Assembly: GCA_039811325.1 (NCBI GenBank)
Contig: JBDHYH010000004.1
Span: forward strand, 2,636-66,635
Source: Chitinophagaceae bacterium
Lineage (GTDB): Bacteria > Bacteroidota > Bacteroidia > Chitinophagales > Chitinophagaceae
Length of the DNA stretch: 64,000 bases
Direction of reading: 5' to 3'
The position numbers and the translations under genes are program-made. The notes below the pieces were generated by a model. It was given only the letters and a program-made list of their open reading frames with translations, was not told the origin of the DNA and did no database searches. Each line of letters opens with the position of its first letter. Positions within the stretch are counted from its first letter, which is position 1. Below, piece by piece: positions 1-10,207 of the stretch.

Positions 1-36
1 GACGGGAGGATAGATGGGGAAGGAAGTTGAGATGGG

Positions 37-99
37 AGGGTTTAGATGGTTTAGATGGTTTAGAGGGTTTAGGTGGTTTAGAGGGTTTAGATGGTTTAA
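37..99. repeat. 9-bp tandem repeat (A[T/G]GGTTTAG) x7
   Basis: agggtttag/atggtttag/atggtttag/agggtttag/gtggtttag/agggtttag/atggtttaa read directly. Confidence 0.9.
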
Positions 100-285
100 A
101 ATCGAACTTAATCTATGAACCAAATTTCAAATGTAACTGTCATTTCGATCCGCCGCGCCGGTTAGGAATCTGTCAAATATGCTGCCTAATGCAAATAGTT
201 CCGGCATTTCATTCGTGCACCAGATAGATATCGGGTCGTGGCTTTTATTTTTTTATGACCATCATCAGGAAATGGCGGGCAATGT

Positions 286-1815
286 TCAATATTCCGCCTT
301 TATTTTTTCCAACAGTGCTTTTAGTACAGCTACTTTTTCAGGATACTTCTTCGCAATATTATTCAGCTCGCGCGGATCTTCTTTCAGATTGTACAATTGA
401 TCTTCTTTGGCATAACCTGTTTCAATATTGACAGTAGTCATCAAGGCATTTCCATTACTCGGAGTGATGTACTTCCATCCATCTTTGACGATACACAATG
501 CGCTGTTTAATGGTTGCTCTATGATGTATTCTCTATTCTTACGTTGTTTGCCTGTGAGTGTTTTAAAATGATCATGGCTATCTGTAAATTCTCCTTCAGG
601 TAATTTCTGATTCAGCATTCCTGCAAAAGATGCCATCAGATCAATCTGAGAAAACAGAACATCGGACACGCTTGATTGTCTTATTTCCTTGGCCCAATAC
701 ACGATGAAAGGAACGCGCGTACCACCTTCGAGTGCACTGTATTTGCCACCACGATAGATGCCTGCCGGCTTGTAATCCAGTGCCTGAGCAGTCTCCGCTG
801 AATTATCAAGGTATCCGTCATTTAATACAGGCCCGTTGTCGCTACTAAATATGATAATGGTATTATGCAGCAAGTTTCTTCTTTTTAAAGCATCTAAAAT
901 TTCTCCGACAGCATGATCCATTTCGAGGATGGCATCTCCGCGAAATCCTAATTTGCTTTTTCCCTTGAACATTGTAGCAGGCATGCGCGGCACATGGATG
1001 TCATGAATGGCATAATAAAGAAAGAAGGGTTTGTTTTGTTTCCTGCTGTTGTCGATAAACGCAATCGCTTTTGAATTGAACGTCATGCCTAATTCTTCGT
1101 CAGTCCATTGTGCTGTCTTGCCTCCTTGCATATAACCGATGCGGCCAATACCATTTGTGATGTGATGGTCGTGTCCCTGATTCGGATCATTTTTCATCTT
1201 CAGCAATTCCGGATGGTCTTTGCCCAGCAATTCATTTGGAAAGGGATGAGTGTAACTTACTTCGATTGGATCAGAAGAGTCTAATCCTGCAACCACCTGG
1301 TTTTCCATAAACACTGTCGGGGTGCGGTCAGCAGTAGCAGGAAAAATAAATGAATAATCAAATCCTACTTCACGAGGGCCGGGAGTGACTTCTTTATTCC
1401 AGTCGATTGGAAAACTTTTTCCTAAACCTAAGTGCCATTTGCCAACAACACCTGTGATATAACCGGCTTTCTGAAAAACTTTTGGTAGGGTAGTGATGTC
1501 GGTAGGAATTGTAAGATTAGCATTGCCCGGTAGAATGTTGGTGCCTTTCTTACGCCAGGCATATCTGCCGGTTATCAATGAAAATCTTGAAGGCGTGCAG
1601 GTGGACGCAGTACAATGCGCATCTGTAAAGCGGATTCCGTTATTGGCCAGCCAGTCAATGTTTGGTGTGTTGATGGCAGTAGCGCCATAGCAACTCAGGT
1701 CGCCATAGCCCAGATCATCTGTGTAGATGATGATGACATTGGGGCGTTGCTGTGCGCACCCAGAAATCAGGCTGAATAACAGGAAAAGGCAACTGAGAAA
1801 ATATTTTGTTTTCAT
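286..1815 (-). CDS. Arylsulfatase-family (Cys-type S1) sulfatase with signal peptide
   Basis: PNVIIIYTDDLGYGD, CTPSR formylglycine motif, GKWHLG, SSDNG, EGGTRVP, LYNLKEDPRE; start taken at MKTKYF (ATG 1815) rather than 1866. Confidence 0.92.
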   Translation of the reverse strand: MKTKYFLSCLFLLFSLISGCAQQRPNVIIIYTDDLGYGDLSCYGATAINTPNIDWLANNGIRFTDAHCTASTCTPSRFSLITGRYAWRKKGTNILPGNANLTIPTDITTLPKVFQKAGYITGVVGKWHLGLGKSFPIDWNKEVTPGPREVGFDYSFIFPATADRTPTVFMENQVVAGLDSSDPIEVSYTHPFPNELLGKDHPELLKMKNDPNQGHDHHITNGIGRIGYMQGGKTAQWTDEELGMTFNSKAIAFIDNSRKQNKPFFLYYAIHDIHVPRMPATMFKGKSKLGFRGDAILEMDHAVGEILDALKRRNLLHNTIIIFSSDNGPVLNDGYLDNSAETAQALDYKPAGIYRGGKYSALEGGTRVPFIVYWAKEIRQSSVSDVLFSQIDLMASFAGMLNQKLPEGEFTDSHDHFKTLTGKQRKNREYIIEQPLNSALCIVKDGWKYITPSNGNALMTTVNIETGYAKEDQLYNLKEDPRELNNIAKKYPEKVAVLKALLEKIKAEY

Positions 1816-1990
1816 TTTTTTTGTTATTGGCTGGTCGTTTTGCGGTAGCTCATTTAAACTCCCCATTCCCTCTTTCTTGTTGTATTATTTTACCTTCTTT
1901 TCAGACGTTGCATGCAACATCTCAATTAATTGCTCCATTCACTTTCTCAATCTCCATTTTACAATTCAATGTCGTTTAATTAAGGAGTAG

Positions 1991-2077
1991 GTCATGGCGA
2001 GGAGGTACGACGAAGCTATCTCCATTCTATTAAGAGCACTAAGGTTACTTCATTCCACTTTAGCCATTCGCAAGAAC
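1991..2077. repeat. Degenerate REP-like palindromic element (GTCATTGCGAG...CGAAGCAATC type)
   Basis: gtcatggcgaggaggtacgacgaagctatctc followed ~20 bp later by a decayed complementary arm (gttacttcattcc...tcgcaagaac). Confidence 0.45.
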
Positions 2078-2145
2078 TCGTCGATGAAAGTGCTTAACAA
2101 AACAACATTGATTTAAAATTCTCAATTCTCAAACCTCAACCACAT

Positions 2146-3573
2146 TCACTTTTCGACCAAACGTTCATCAATCCTATAAGCTGCTATTTCTGCAATTCTT
2201 GTTGATTTTTTCTGGTCTTGAATTTTCAATACAATAGAATTTACTTCTGTATCCGGAAAAGTCAGTATTCTTTTATGTCCGATAGTTGTGCCTTCTATTT
2301 CTTTGATCAGTTGATTGTTCTGATCTTTCAATTCAATGGTGAAGGCAGCACACTGCTGTCCGGCCACGAGGTTCTCTTCAAGAATAATGCAATTGATTGT
2401 CGATGGTTGGTTCAGTCTTGTAACAACAGATTGCGTCGCAGGTTTTGAAATCGTTTCAAATGTTTTATTGGTTCTGTCATTTATTTTTGAAGTTCGCATT
2501 CTTGATGTACCATTTGTAATATAGAATGAACTCTTTGCGAGCAGATTATTTGCAAAACTTTCTTTGCGCAATTTCAGAAAACCCATCAACGCTGCAGAGT
2601 CATTGGGATTGATCTGGCCGCTTGTGTCCGGCGGTACATTCAATAATAGATTGGCACCTCTGCCCACACTCTTTAAATAAATTTCAAACAATTGTTGTGG
2701 ACTTTTTACCAATGAGTCTTCTTTCTGATGATAGAACCAACCCGGCCTGATGCTTACGTCGCACTCTGCCGGTATATATCTTGCACCAAATTTATTACCG
2801 TGGTTGAGCGTGTCAGTAGGGGGAGCACCGGCGCCAATGGTGAAACCTCTTATGTTGAGATTGTTCCAGTTTGTTTTGCCGACAAACCCTTTTTCGTTGC
2901 CGCACCAACGTGTGTCAGGGCCAAGGTCGCTGAAGATGATGGTCTTCGGAGAAAGTTTTCTCACGACTTTTTCGAAACGGGGAAAGTCATAGACTTGCTT
3001 CTTTCCGTTGGGGCCTTCTCCATTTGCGCCATCCCACCAGAGTTCCCAGATAGGCCCATAGTTGGTAAAAATTTCTTTCAGCATGTTTATAAATACATCA
3101 TTGTATGCAGGAGTGCCGTAAGTAGGATGGCTTCTGTCCCATGGCGAGAGATACACACCGAATTTCAATCCATATTTTTTGCAGGCCATTGATAGGTCTT
3201 TCAGTACATCACCTTTTCCATTTTTCCAATCACTTTCTCTCACAGTGTGTGTGGAATATTTACTTGGCCAGAGGCAGAAACCGTCATGGTGCTTGGCTGT
3301 GATGATAATGCCTTTTGCTCCCGCAGCCTTTGCGATGCGGCACCATTGTTCACAATCCAGGTCTTTGGGATCAAAGACTTCCGCTTTTTCATTGCCATGT
3401 CCCCATTCCAATCCCGTAAAAGTATTTGGGCCGAAATGAGCGAAGAAATAATATTCCATATCCTGCCAAACCAATTGTGATGGAGTCGGAACCGGCTCTG
3501 CACTTTTCTGAGATTGGGAGAATACAGTTCCAAACAAGAAGAGTGTAAATACGATGGTAATACTTTTTTTCAC
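2146..3573 (-). CDS. Alpha-L-fucosidase (GH29) with C-terminal F5/8-like domain
   Basis: AKHHDGFCLWPS, YLSPWD, ELWWDGA, ECDVSIRPGWFYH, SVGRGANLLLN; likely GTG start at 3573 giving a signal peptide. Confidence 0.93.
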   Translation of the reverse strand: MKKSITIVFTLFLFGTVFSQSQKSAEPVPTPSQLVWQDMEYYFFAHFGPNTFTGLEWGHGNEKAEVFDPKDLDCEQWCRIAKAAGAKGIIITAKHHDGFCLWPSKYSTHTVRESDWKNGKGDVLKDLSMACKKYGLKFGVYLSPWDRSHPTYGTPAYNDVFINMLKEIFTNYGPIWELWWDGANGEGPNGKKQVYDFPRFEKVVRKLSPKTIIFSDLGPDTRWCGNEKGFVGKTNWNNLNIRGFTIGAGAPPTDTLNHGNKFGARYIPAECDVSIRPGWFYHQKEDSLVKSPQQLFEIYLKSVGRGANLLLNVPPDTSGQINPNDSAALMGFLKLRKESFANNLLAKSSFYITNGTSRMRTSKINDRTNKTFETISKPATQSVVTRLNQPSTINCIILEENLVAGQQCAAFTIELKDQNNQLIKEIEGTTIGHKRILTFPDTEVNSIVLKIQDQKKSTRIAEIAAYRIDERLVEK

Positions 3574-3629
3574 AAGTTGAAATTTTTGAAGACGGAAAGA
3601 TATTTTATTGTAGTGAAAAATGGCCATGC

Positions 3630-3894
3630 TTTTATTTACACAGAGTACCACGGAGTACCACAGAGGTGCACAGAGGATCTTCTCAGTGGTTCTCTGTGTC
3701 TTCTCTGGCTTACTTCTCTGTGTAATAGTTTTTTATTTACACAAAGTACCACAGAGGTGCACAGAGGATTTTCTTAGTGGTTCTTTGTGTCTTCTCTACC
3801 TTACTTCTCTGTGTAATAATTTTTTTTATTTACAAAAAGTACCACTGAGGTGCACAGTGGTTTTTATCAGCAGCTCTCTGTGCCTTCTCTGATT
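3630..3894. repeat. Three tandem ~92-100 bp palindromic units (ACACAGAG...CTCTGTGT)
   Basis: Units start at ~3630, 3731 and 3824 with TTTTATTTACA(C/A)A.AGTACCAC.GAGGTGCACAG; units 1-2 close with CTTCTCTGTGTAATA. Confidence 0.9.
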
Positions 3895-3903
3895 ATAATT
3901 TCC

Positions 3904-5016
3904 TTATTGTTTTGGAAACAATCCTTTGAAGGTGTCGGGCACGGAAAATCCTTTAGGGTCTTTTTTTGAATCTTTCCTGTAAAATTCTTCTATTACAAAT
4001 TCGGCAGGTGCCCAGGTGGTTTCTATGATTCCCTGAAATCTTGATTTCATTTCTGGTGTAGAATTTTTTCTGAACTGGTACATATCCGCCATCTGCTGCA
4101 TGGCTACATCGGGTTTCCGCCAGGGGCATGTAATTACATTCAGGCCTTTTGCAGCAAAGTAAACTGCTGTCTGATCAGGACGCTCATAATGCCAGTCGCA
4201 AATCACAACATCTTTTGGTATCAGGTCAATTGCCCGGTGCGTATTATTCATGCTTGCTTCCCACATTCCCATTCCTGTAGTCTTGCCATCAATGAGCCTG
4301 TCGCCCCAAATCCACAACTGCCTTCCTTTTTCCGCGAGATGGTTTCTGAGTTTTGATACCTCACCTGCATATATCTCAGCAGGATCGTGCCCTGAGCATC
4401 GTGGGCATTTGCTGTCGGCAATATAAAAGACCTCATCCATGCCGGCATGGAATGCATCTGCTTCGAATACATCGCAGATTTCATCCATAAGCGCAAAAAC
4501 TACTTTGTGCAGGTCAGGATGCAATGGACAGTAGCTTTTGCAATATAATCCGTCCGCATTGGGCCATACATATTTTTCAGGAATTTTTACCGAAGGTGTT
4601 TCATCAAATTGTGGATAAACGGCAAGTAATTTTCCAAGCGTACTCGTCCATGACTGATGGACAAACAGATTGATCTGTGGAACTATCCGGATATTGGCTT
4701 TTTTGCATGCAGCAGCTATTTTTTTTATTTCTGATTTAGATAGTGCCACTGTATCTCTCAATTCAGGATGGCTATCCCATTGATAGTTGTAGTCCACACG
4801 CAGGATCAGCGTGTTGATCTGGCGGGGTGCTAATTCATTTTTTATAAATTCAAGAAATGCATCAACACCTGCAGGGGTAGGCGCTGCAATGCTTAGCCCT
4901 CTTACTGGCAGTGTGTCGGGAACTGCACCGGAAGTAGTGTTTTTATTTTGAGATGAAACACGTGTTGCACACATAGACAAGATCATTGAAAATAAAATCA
5001 GTTTTTTCATAAACAA
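3904..5016 (-). CDS. GH20-like glycoside hydrolase (putative hexosaminidase), secreted
   Basis: Signal peptide; FHAGMDEV catalytic DE motif; WIWGD, CDWHY. Confidence 0.8.
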   Translation of the reverse strand: MFMKKLILFSMILSMCATRVSSQNKNTTSGAVPDTLPVRGLSIAAPTPAGVDAFLEFIKNELAPRQINTLILRVDYNYQWDSHPELRDTVALSKSEIKKIAAACKKANIRIVPQINLFVHQSWTSTLGKLLAVYPQFDETPSVKIPEKYVWPNADGLYCKSYCPLHPDLHKVVFALMDEICDVFEADAFHAGMDEVFYIADSKCPRCSGHDPAEIYAGEVSKLRNHLAEKGRQLWIWGDRLIDGKTTGMGMWEASMNNTHRAIDLIPKDVVICDWHYERPDQTAVYFAAKGLNVITCPWRKPDVAMQQMADMYQFRKNSTPEMKSRFQGIIETTWAPAEFVIEEFYRKDSKKDPKGFSVPDTFKGLFPKQ

Positions 5017-5159
5017 TTGTTGAGATTGGTCTTAATTTTCGTATAAGCTTTGTAGTTAAAGAAAAATGGCGGCCTGTAAATTTATGGAATAGTTTCGGAA
5101 AGCGCCTGTTTTTGAAAGTTATATTTGAGGCACCATTCTTAATAGTATTTGGTAAGAGA

Positions 5160-6071
5160 TTAGGACAGCACCTCCGGAGGCGGTGGTGTTGGTCGCGATT
5201 TGTCTTCGGGCAAAGGAATAAAGGTGTCGTGATCGTTGGGCGGCAATATGATTCTCCCCTGCTTCCAGTCTTCCTTTGCCTGCTCTATTCTTTCAGCACG
5301 GCTCGATACAAAATTCCACCAGATATACCTTGGCCCTAAAGGTTCACCTCCAAGCAGCATGATGGTGGATTCCTCATTTGCTATGATCAATGGATCGGAT
5401 GATTTGGTAAATACGAGTAACTGTCCTTTGTGATATTTATTGCCATTCACTTCTATGCTTCCCCTGGCAATATAAACTCCTCTCTCGCTGTGATCCTGTG
5501 GCAAGCCGAACCGTGCATCTTTTTTCAATAGCACATGCAGGTAAAACATAGACGAGTGTGTTTTTACATGGCTTTGCAATCCATAAGCATTTCCTGCGAT
5601 TAAGCGCATCCACACACCAGTGTCTGTGAAAACCGGCAGTACATCCGGTTTGTAATTTTTGAAAGATGGATTTGTTTCTTCATCTTTTTCGGGCAATGCC
5701 ACCCATGTCTGAATCATTTCCAATTGGCCTTCGGCAAGTACACCGGGGTTTTCAAATCTCTCACTATGGGCAATTCCTTTTCCCGCAGTCATCCAGTTTA
5801 CTTCCCCCGGTTTAATCTCCTGTTCTACTCCCAGGCTATCCCGATGAGTGACGCTGCCACCCAAGAGATAACTGACTGTGGACAACCCGATATGCGGATG
5901 CGGCAACACATCAAATTTGTGCGCATCGGCAACAGGAATACTTACAGGGCCTGCATGGTCCATGAAAATAAACGGGCCTACCATTCGCCGGAGGCGGAAT
6001 GGAAGAATTCGGTTTACTTCCATACCAGGCGCTATCGCAGCTTTGCGGGAGTCAATAACCATTTCGATCAT
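5160..6071 (-). CDS. Pirin family protein
   Basis: GPFIFMDH, PHPHIGLSTVSY, HRDSLG, WMTAGKGIAHSE, QTWVALP, WWNFVSS. Confidence 0.95.
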   Translation of the reverse strand: MIEMVIDSRKAAIAPGMEVNRILPFRLRRMVGPFIFMDHAGPVSIPVADAHKFDVLPHPHIGLSTVSYLLGGSVTHRDSLGVEQEIKPGEVNWMTAGKGIAHSERFENPGVLAEGQLEMIQTWVALPEKDEETNPSFKNYKPDVLPVFTDTGVWMRLIAGNAYGLQSHVKTHSSMFYLHVLLKKDARFGLPQDHSERGVYIARGSIEVNGNKYHKGQLLVFTKSSDPLIIANEESTIMLLGGEPLGPRYIWWNFVSSRAERIEQAKEDWKQGRIILPPNDHDTFIPLPEDKSRPTPPPPEVLS

Positions 6072-6110
6072 GCAATAAAGCTAAGAGTTTTTATAATAAC
6101 CCCGGTGGGC

Positions 6111-7013
6111 TCAATGGTGGAATGCGGGATGGAACCTGTAAACGGTTTCTCTCAGGTATTCCCTGTCCAGGTGAGTATAGATTTCGGTGGTGGTAATACT
6201 TTCATGCCCCAGCATTTGTTGAACCGCACGAAGATCGGCACCGCCTTCGATGAGGTGTGTAGCGAATGAATGTCTGAATGTGTGTGGTGATATATTTTTG
6301 GTGATCCCTGCTTTATGTGCGAGTTCTTTAATGATAATAAATATCATGACGCGGGTCAGGGATTTTCCTCTACGGTTTAGAAAGAGGATGTCTTCGAATC
6401 CTCTGATACGGGGTTGATGTACCCTTACTTCCTCCAAATAAATCCGGATGTACTTTAGGGCTTCTGAGCCAATAGGAATCAGTCTTTCTTTACTTCCCTT
6501 TCCTATAACTCTTATAAATTCTGCGTCCGCAAATATGTTGGAAATAAGCAGTCCCGTTACTTCGCTTACGCGGAGGCCACAACTGTACATTGTTTCTATG
6601 ATTGCCTTATTGCGCTGACCTTCAGGAGTGCTCAGGTCTATAGCGTCTAATATCATTTGTATCTCCTGCACTGTTAAGAAGTCAGGAAGTTTTCTTTTTT
6701 GTTTGGGAGGCTCCAATAATATTGAGGGGTCACTTTCAATTATTTCTTCTGCCAGGCAATATTTAAAAAAACTCCTGATTCCCGAAATGATCCTCGATTG
6801 AGAAGCGGTAGATAACCCAAGTGCATGAATATTGGAAATGAATCCTTCGAGTTGAAGATAACTGATCGTTTCCGGAGTAGCTTCAATTTTTTGGTCTTTA
6901 AGATAAGTGGTCAGTAATTCAATATCGTGGAGATAGGCAGCAACAGAATGAACTGACAAAGATTTTTCCAGATTCAGATAATCATAAAAACCTTTTTTGT
7001 ATTCTTGCCACAT
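6111..7013 (-). CDS. xerD: Site-specific tyrosine recombinase XerD
   Basis: RNKAIIETMYSCGLRVSE, GKGSKERLIP, SPHTFRHSFATHLIEGGADLRAVQQMLGHESITTTEIYTH; start at MWQEYK (7013) avoids overlap with the divergent gene. Confidence 0.9.
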   Translation of the reverse strand: MWQEYKKGFYDYLNLEKSLSVHSVAAYLHDIELLTTYLKDQKIEATPETISYLQLEGFISNIHALGLSTASQSRIISGIRSFFKYCLAEEIIESDPSILLEPPKQKRKLPDFLTVQEIQMILDAIDLSTPEGQRNKAIIETMYSCGLRVSEVTGLLISNIFADAEFIRVIGKGSKERLIPIGSEALKYIRIYLEEVRVHQPRIRGFEDILFLNRRGKSLTRVMIFIIIKELAHKAGITKNISPHTFRHSFATHLIEGGADLRAVQQMLGHESITTTEIYTHLDREYLRETVYRFHPAFHH

Positions 7014-7101
7014 GAATGAAATGAATTTTGTGAAAATATTTCCGCCTTTCTTTCGGGAACACTTACATTTACATCCAAAAGTATAAATATTTGTTGCGCT
7101 T

Positions 7102-7611
7102 ATGAAACCTGCGATCCTTAAAAAATTAGACAAGGATTTTAAACTCAATAGAAGAAAATTTCGAAACTTTATTACCCGACAGGAGCAAAAACTTACTAAT
7201 AAGGATTTGAACATGGTAGAAGAAGCGGAGCGGCAGGCATGGAAAAAAGTGGATTGCCTTTCTTGTGCCAATTGCTGTAAGACGATGAGCCCTACCTATA
7301 ACAGGGAAGATATCAAAAGAATAGCAGCTCATCTAAATATGACCACGGCAGAGTTTAAGAAAAAATGGTTGTATTATGACAAGAAAGAGAAAGACTGGAT
7401 GAATGTATCACAGCCGTGCCAGTTTCTCGATCTGAAGACTAACAAATGCAATATCTATGAGGTGAGGCCTGCAGACTGTGCGGGTTTTCCACATCTAATG
7501 AAAAGACCTTTCAGGGATTATTTTTATATTCACAAACAGAATATTGAATATTGCCCGGCTACTTATGCAATGATCGAGAAGTTGCAATCTCTTATGAAAA
7601 AAGAAGGATGA
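7102..7611 (+). CDS. YkgJ family cysteine cluster protein
   Basis: CLSCANCC...PCQFL...CNIYEVRPADCAGFP...CP. Confidence 0.9.
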   Translation: MKPAILKKLDKDFKLNRRKFRNFITRQEQKLTNKDLNMVEEAERQAWKKVDCLSCANCCKTMSPTYNREDIKRIAAHLNMTTAEFKKKWLYYDKKEKDWMNVSQPCQFLDLKTNKCNIYEVRPADCAGFPHLMKRPFRDYFYIHKQNIEYCPATYAMIEKLQSLMKKEG

Positions 7612-7995
7612 TTCTGGTTTATGCTTTTGCTGCCAGGTGAACAGGGGAAGGATTTGTAATTATGCTACATCTAACGTGGGAAAAGATTTTTTTGATCTGA
7701 ACTGGAGTTGCTGTACCCGAATTGTCATTAGTGATAACTTTGAGAAGATTATTGAGCATAGGAAGAATGGTGGTTGTAATCTTGCAGGTTGCATTTGATA
7801 AGCCGGATTAAAATAGACTTTTCCAGGTGCAGCGATCGGGCATCGAATTCCGAATCGCTCTTCTATGAACGGACTGAATATTTAAAAACAACATTTCCTT
7901 CCGGGCGGGAACAACGTACAACTCAGCCCGGTGGAAAAAGAAAACAAATAATGAAAAATGATCCGCCGCAGCGGACGAACTACGACCAACTAATA

Positions 7996-9669
7996 ATGTG
8001 CAAGTACAGTTTTTATATATTTCTCATCAGTTGCTTTTTAGGAATTTCGTGTCATGACAACCATCCAAAAGATAAACCTGTTATTATATCGGCTCCCGAA
8101 AAGATGGATGATGCCGTTTCGGGAAAGATTCAGGATGTATTGGATTATGCCCAATCAAATAATGGGAAAATCAATGACAGCAGTACATTATCTGCTGTGA
8201 ATGTTGTATCAGCATTTTATACTTCAAATAATTTTAAGAGCATTTGGAGTAGTAATGAAGTAGTAAAGCCCCTGGCTGATTCTCTGGTAGCATTCATAAG
8301 CCAGTCGCGCTATTATGGATTGTTTCCATCAGATTACCATCAGGAGGAATTGCAAAAGATTCATCAGCAACTTCAGGCAGATTCAATGGCGGCAAGAAAT
8401 GCAATGGTATGGACACAATTAGATTTGCTGTCAACAGATGCATTTTTCATGTTGCTCAAAGATCTGAAGCAAGGTAGGTTAGTAGACGACAGCATTTCAA
8501 TTTTGAAAAGAAAGAACTGGATCGACAGCTTCTTTATCAATAATCTGAAGGAAGTATTTGATAAAGTGCAGATCACTGCTATTCTCGATAGGGCAGAGCC
8601 CCATTTATTGCAGTATGATTCGATCAGGTACAGCCTGAAAGATTTTGTTGATAGCATGGATACCGGTACCTATCAAAACATCACCTTCCCATACACGGAT
8701 ACCCTGGAATTTAGAAAAAACGTATATGCCAGGATGTTACAGGAAGGCATTGGCCAGGAGGGTATTCAGGATCCGGATTCCATCCAATTGGCCACAGCCA
8801 TCAAAAGCTATCAAAAGAAGCATAACCTCGAAGCTGACGGGAAGATAGGCCCTGCCACAGTCAGGTCAATGAACAATACAGATCGCAATAAATTTATCAG
8901 TGCAGCCATTTCACTGGATAAGTATAAAGGAATGGATTCATTGCCTCAAACCTATTTGTGGGTAAATATTCCTTCTTTTAAGCTCGAATTGTGGGACAAT
9001 GATACTGTGATACTGAAGTCTAAGGTGATTGTGGGGAAACCGCAGACACCGACTCCTGAATTGTCATCGCGTATCAACAATCTCGTCCTATTTCCTACCT
9101 GGACTATCCCTGAAAGTATCATTAAGAAGGATATATTGCCGGAATTGAAAAAGGATCCCGGTTATCTTGCAAGTAAAGGGTACAATCTGTTTACGGATTC
9201 GGGTACAATAGTGAATCCTTACACTGTTAACTGGTCAAGGTATAAGAATGGTATTCCGTGGAGGGTAATACAAGGAAGCGGAGATGACAATGCTTTAGGT
9301 ATTTTTAAATTTAACTTCAGCAACCCCTACAGCGTTTACCTGCATGATACCAATCAACGATATTTGTTTGCAAATACTAACCGTGCTCTTAGTCATGGAT
9401 GTGTGCGGGTACAGAAATGGCAGCAACTGGCGGATTTTATTGTGGACAGGGACAGCGCTATGCAAAGGCCAGGTTCTTTGAATTATTCAAAAGACAGCAT
9501 TCAGGTCTGGATTAAAAAACAGGTAAGAAAAAGTATCATGGTCAAAAATAAGTTATCATTATATATCGTCTATTTTACATGCGCTGCCGAAGGCAATAAA
9601 TTGGAGTTTTATGACGATATATATGGATACGACAGACAATTGGCTGAGAAATACTTTAAAGGCAAATAA
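7996..9669 (+). CDS. L,D-transpeptidase (YcbB/LdtD-like), probable lipoprotein with PG-binding domain
   Basis: Lipobox GISC; YQKKHNLEADGKIGPAT PG-binding motif; VIVGKP; YLHDT...RALSHGCVRV catalytic motif; start inferred at ATG 7996. Confidence 0.9.
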   Translation: MCKYSFYIFLISCFLGISCHDNHPKDKPVIISAPEKMDDAVSGKIQDVLDYAQSNNGKINDSSTLSAVNVVSAFYTSNNFKSIWSSNEVVKPLADSLVAFISQSRYYGLFPSDYHQEELQKIHQQLQADSMAARNAMVWTQLDLLSTDAFFMLLKDLKQGRLVDDSISILKRKNWIDSFFINNLKEVFDKVQITAILDRAEPHLLQYDSIRYSLKDFVDSMDTGTYQNITFPYTDTLEFRKNVYARMLQEGIGQEGIQDPDSIQLATAIKSYQKKHNLEADGKIGPATVRSMNNTDRNKFISAAISLDKYKGMDSLPQTYLWVNIPSFKLELWDNDTVILKSKVIVGKPQTPTPELSSRINNLVLFPTWTIPESIIKKDILPELKKDPGYLASKGYNLFTDSGTIVNPYTVNWSRYKNGIPWRVIQGSGDDNALGIFKFNFSNPYSVYLHDTNQRYLFANTNRALSHGCVRVQKWQQLADFIVDRDSAMQRPGSLNYSKDSIQVWIKKQVRKSIMVKNKLSLYIVYFTCAAEGNKLEFYDDIYGYDRQLAEKYFKGK

Positions 9670-10107
9670 ATGACGTGTATCAAATTAGTGAAAATTTGTA
9701 TTTTATTGTTATTTATTCCTGCATTCACCTTTGCACAGGCTGATAGCACCATTACTAACATTTCGAACCAAACAGATTCCCTGATCACCGGAAAGGCGCT
9801 GCATGGCATTGCAAGTTATTATCATGACAAATTTGAAGGCCGCAAAATGGCTAACGGACGGGTGTTTTCTCAAAAAAAGCCAACTGCAGCCTGTAACATT
9901 CTGCCATTAAACAAATGGGTGAAAGTAACCTGTGTCAGGAACAATCGTTCAGTAATCGTAAAAATCACTGACAGAATGCATCCTAAAAATAAAAGACTGA
10001 TTGATCTTTCACTTTTTGCAGCAAAGGAATTAAAAATGGTAGGACATGGACTGGTCAAGGTTAAAGTGGAGGTTCTGAAGAACTATATCCCTCCAAAAAG
10101 CCAATAA
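9670..10107 (+). CDS. rlpA: Septal ring lytic transglycosylase RlpA family (DPBB domain only)
   Basis: GIASYY, GRKMANG, VKITDR, RLIDLS. Confidence 0.85.
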   Translation: MTCIKLVKICILLLFIPAFTFAQADSTITNISNQTDSLITGKALHGIASYYHDKFEGRKMANGRVFSQKKPTAACNILPLNKWVKVTCVRNNRSVIVKITDRMHPKNKRLIDLSLFAAKELKMVGHGLVKVKVEVLKNYIPPKSQ

Positions 10108-10207
10108 TAACAGGTTTGTGATACTTTATCCACTTCCCGGAATAAAATTATTTTATCCTCTAAAGGATTGCCGTTATTTTTGCCGCAAAACTTTCAAAAA
10201 AATGTTT

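Noticed and set aside
27-227. ORF with (DGL/EGL)n repeats
   Set aside because: Simply a translation of the 9-bp tandem repeat; no other coding evidence.
3630-3894. Possible CRISPR array, or the 87-90 aa ORFs over it
   Set aside because: Whole units are repeated with no unique spacers and no cas genes; the ORFs are translations of the repeat.
6111-7271. Tyrosine recombinase as a prophage/ICE integrase, and its 386-aa extended form
   Set aside because: Motifs and ~300-aa size match housekeeping XerD, the neighbours are core genes, and the extension overlaps the divergent YkgJ gene.
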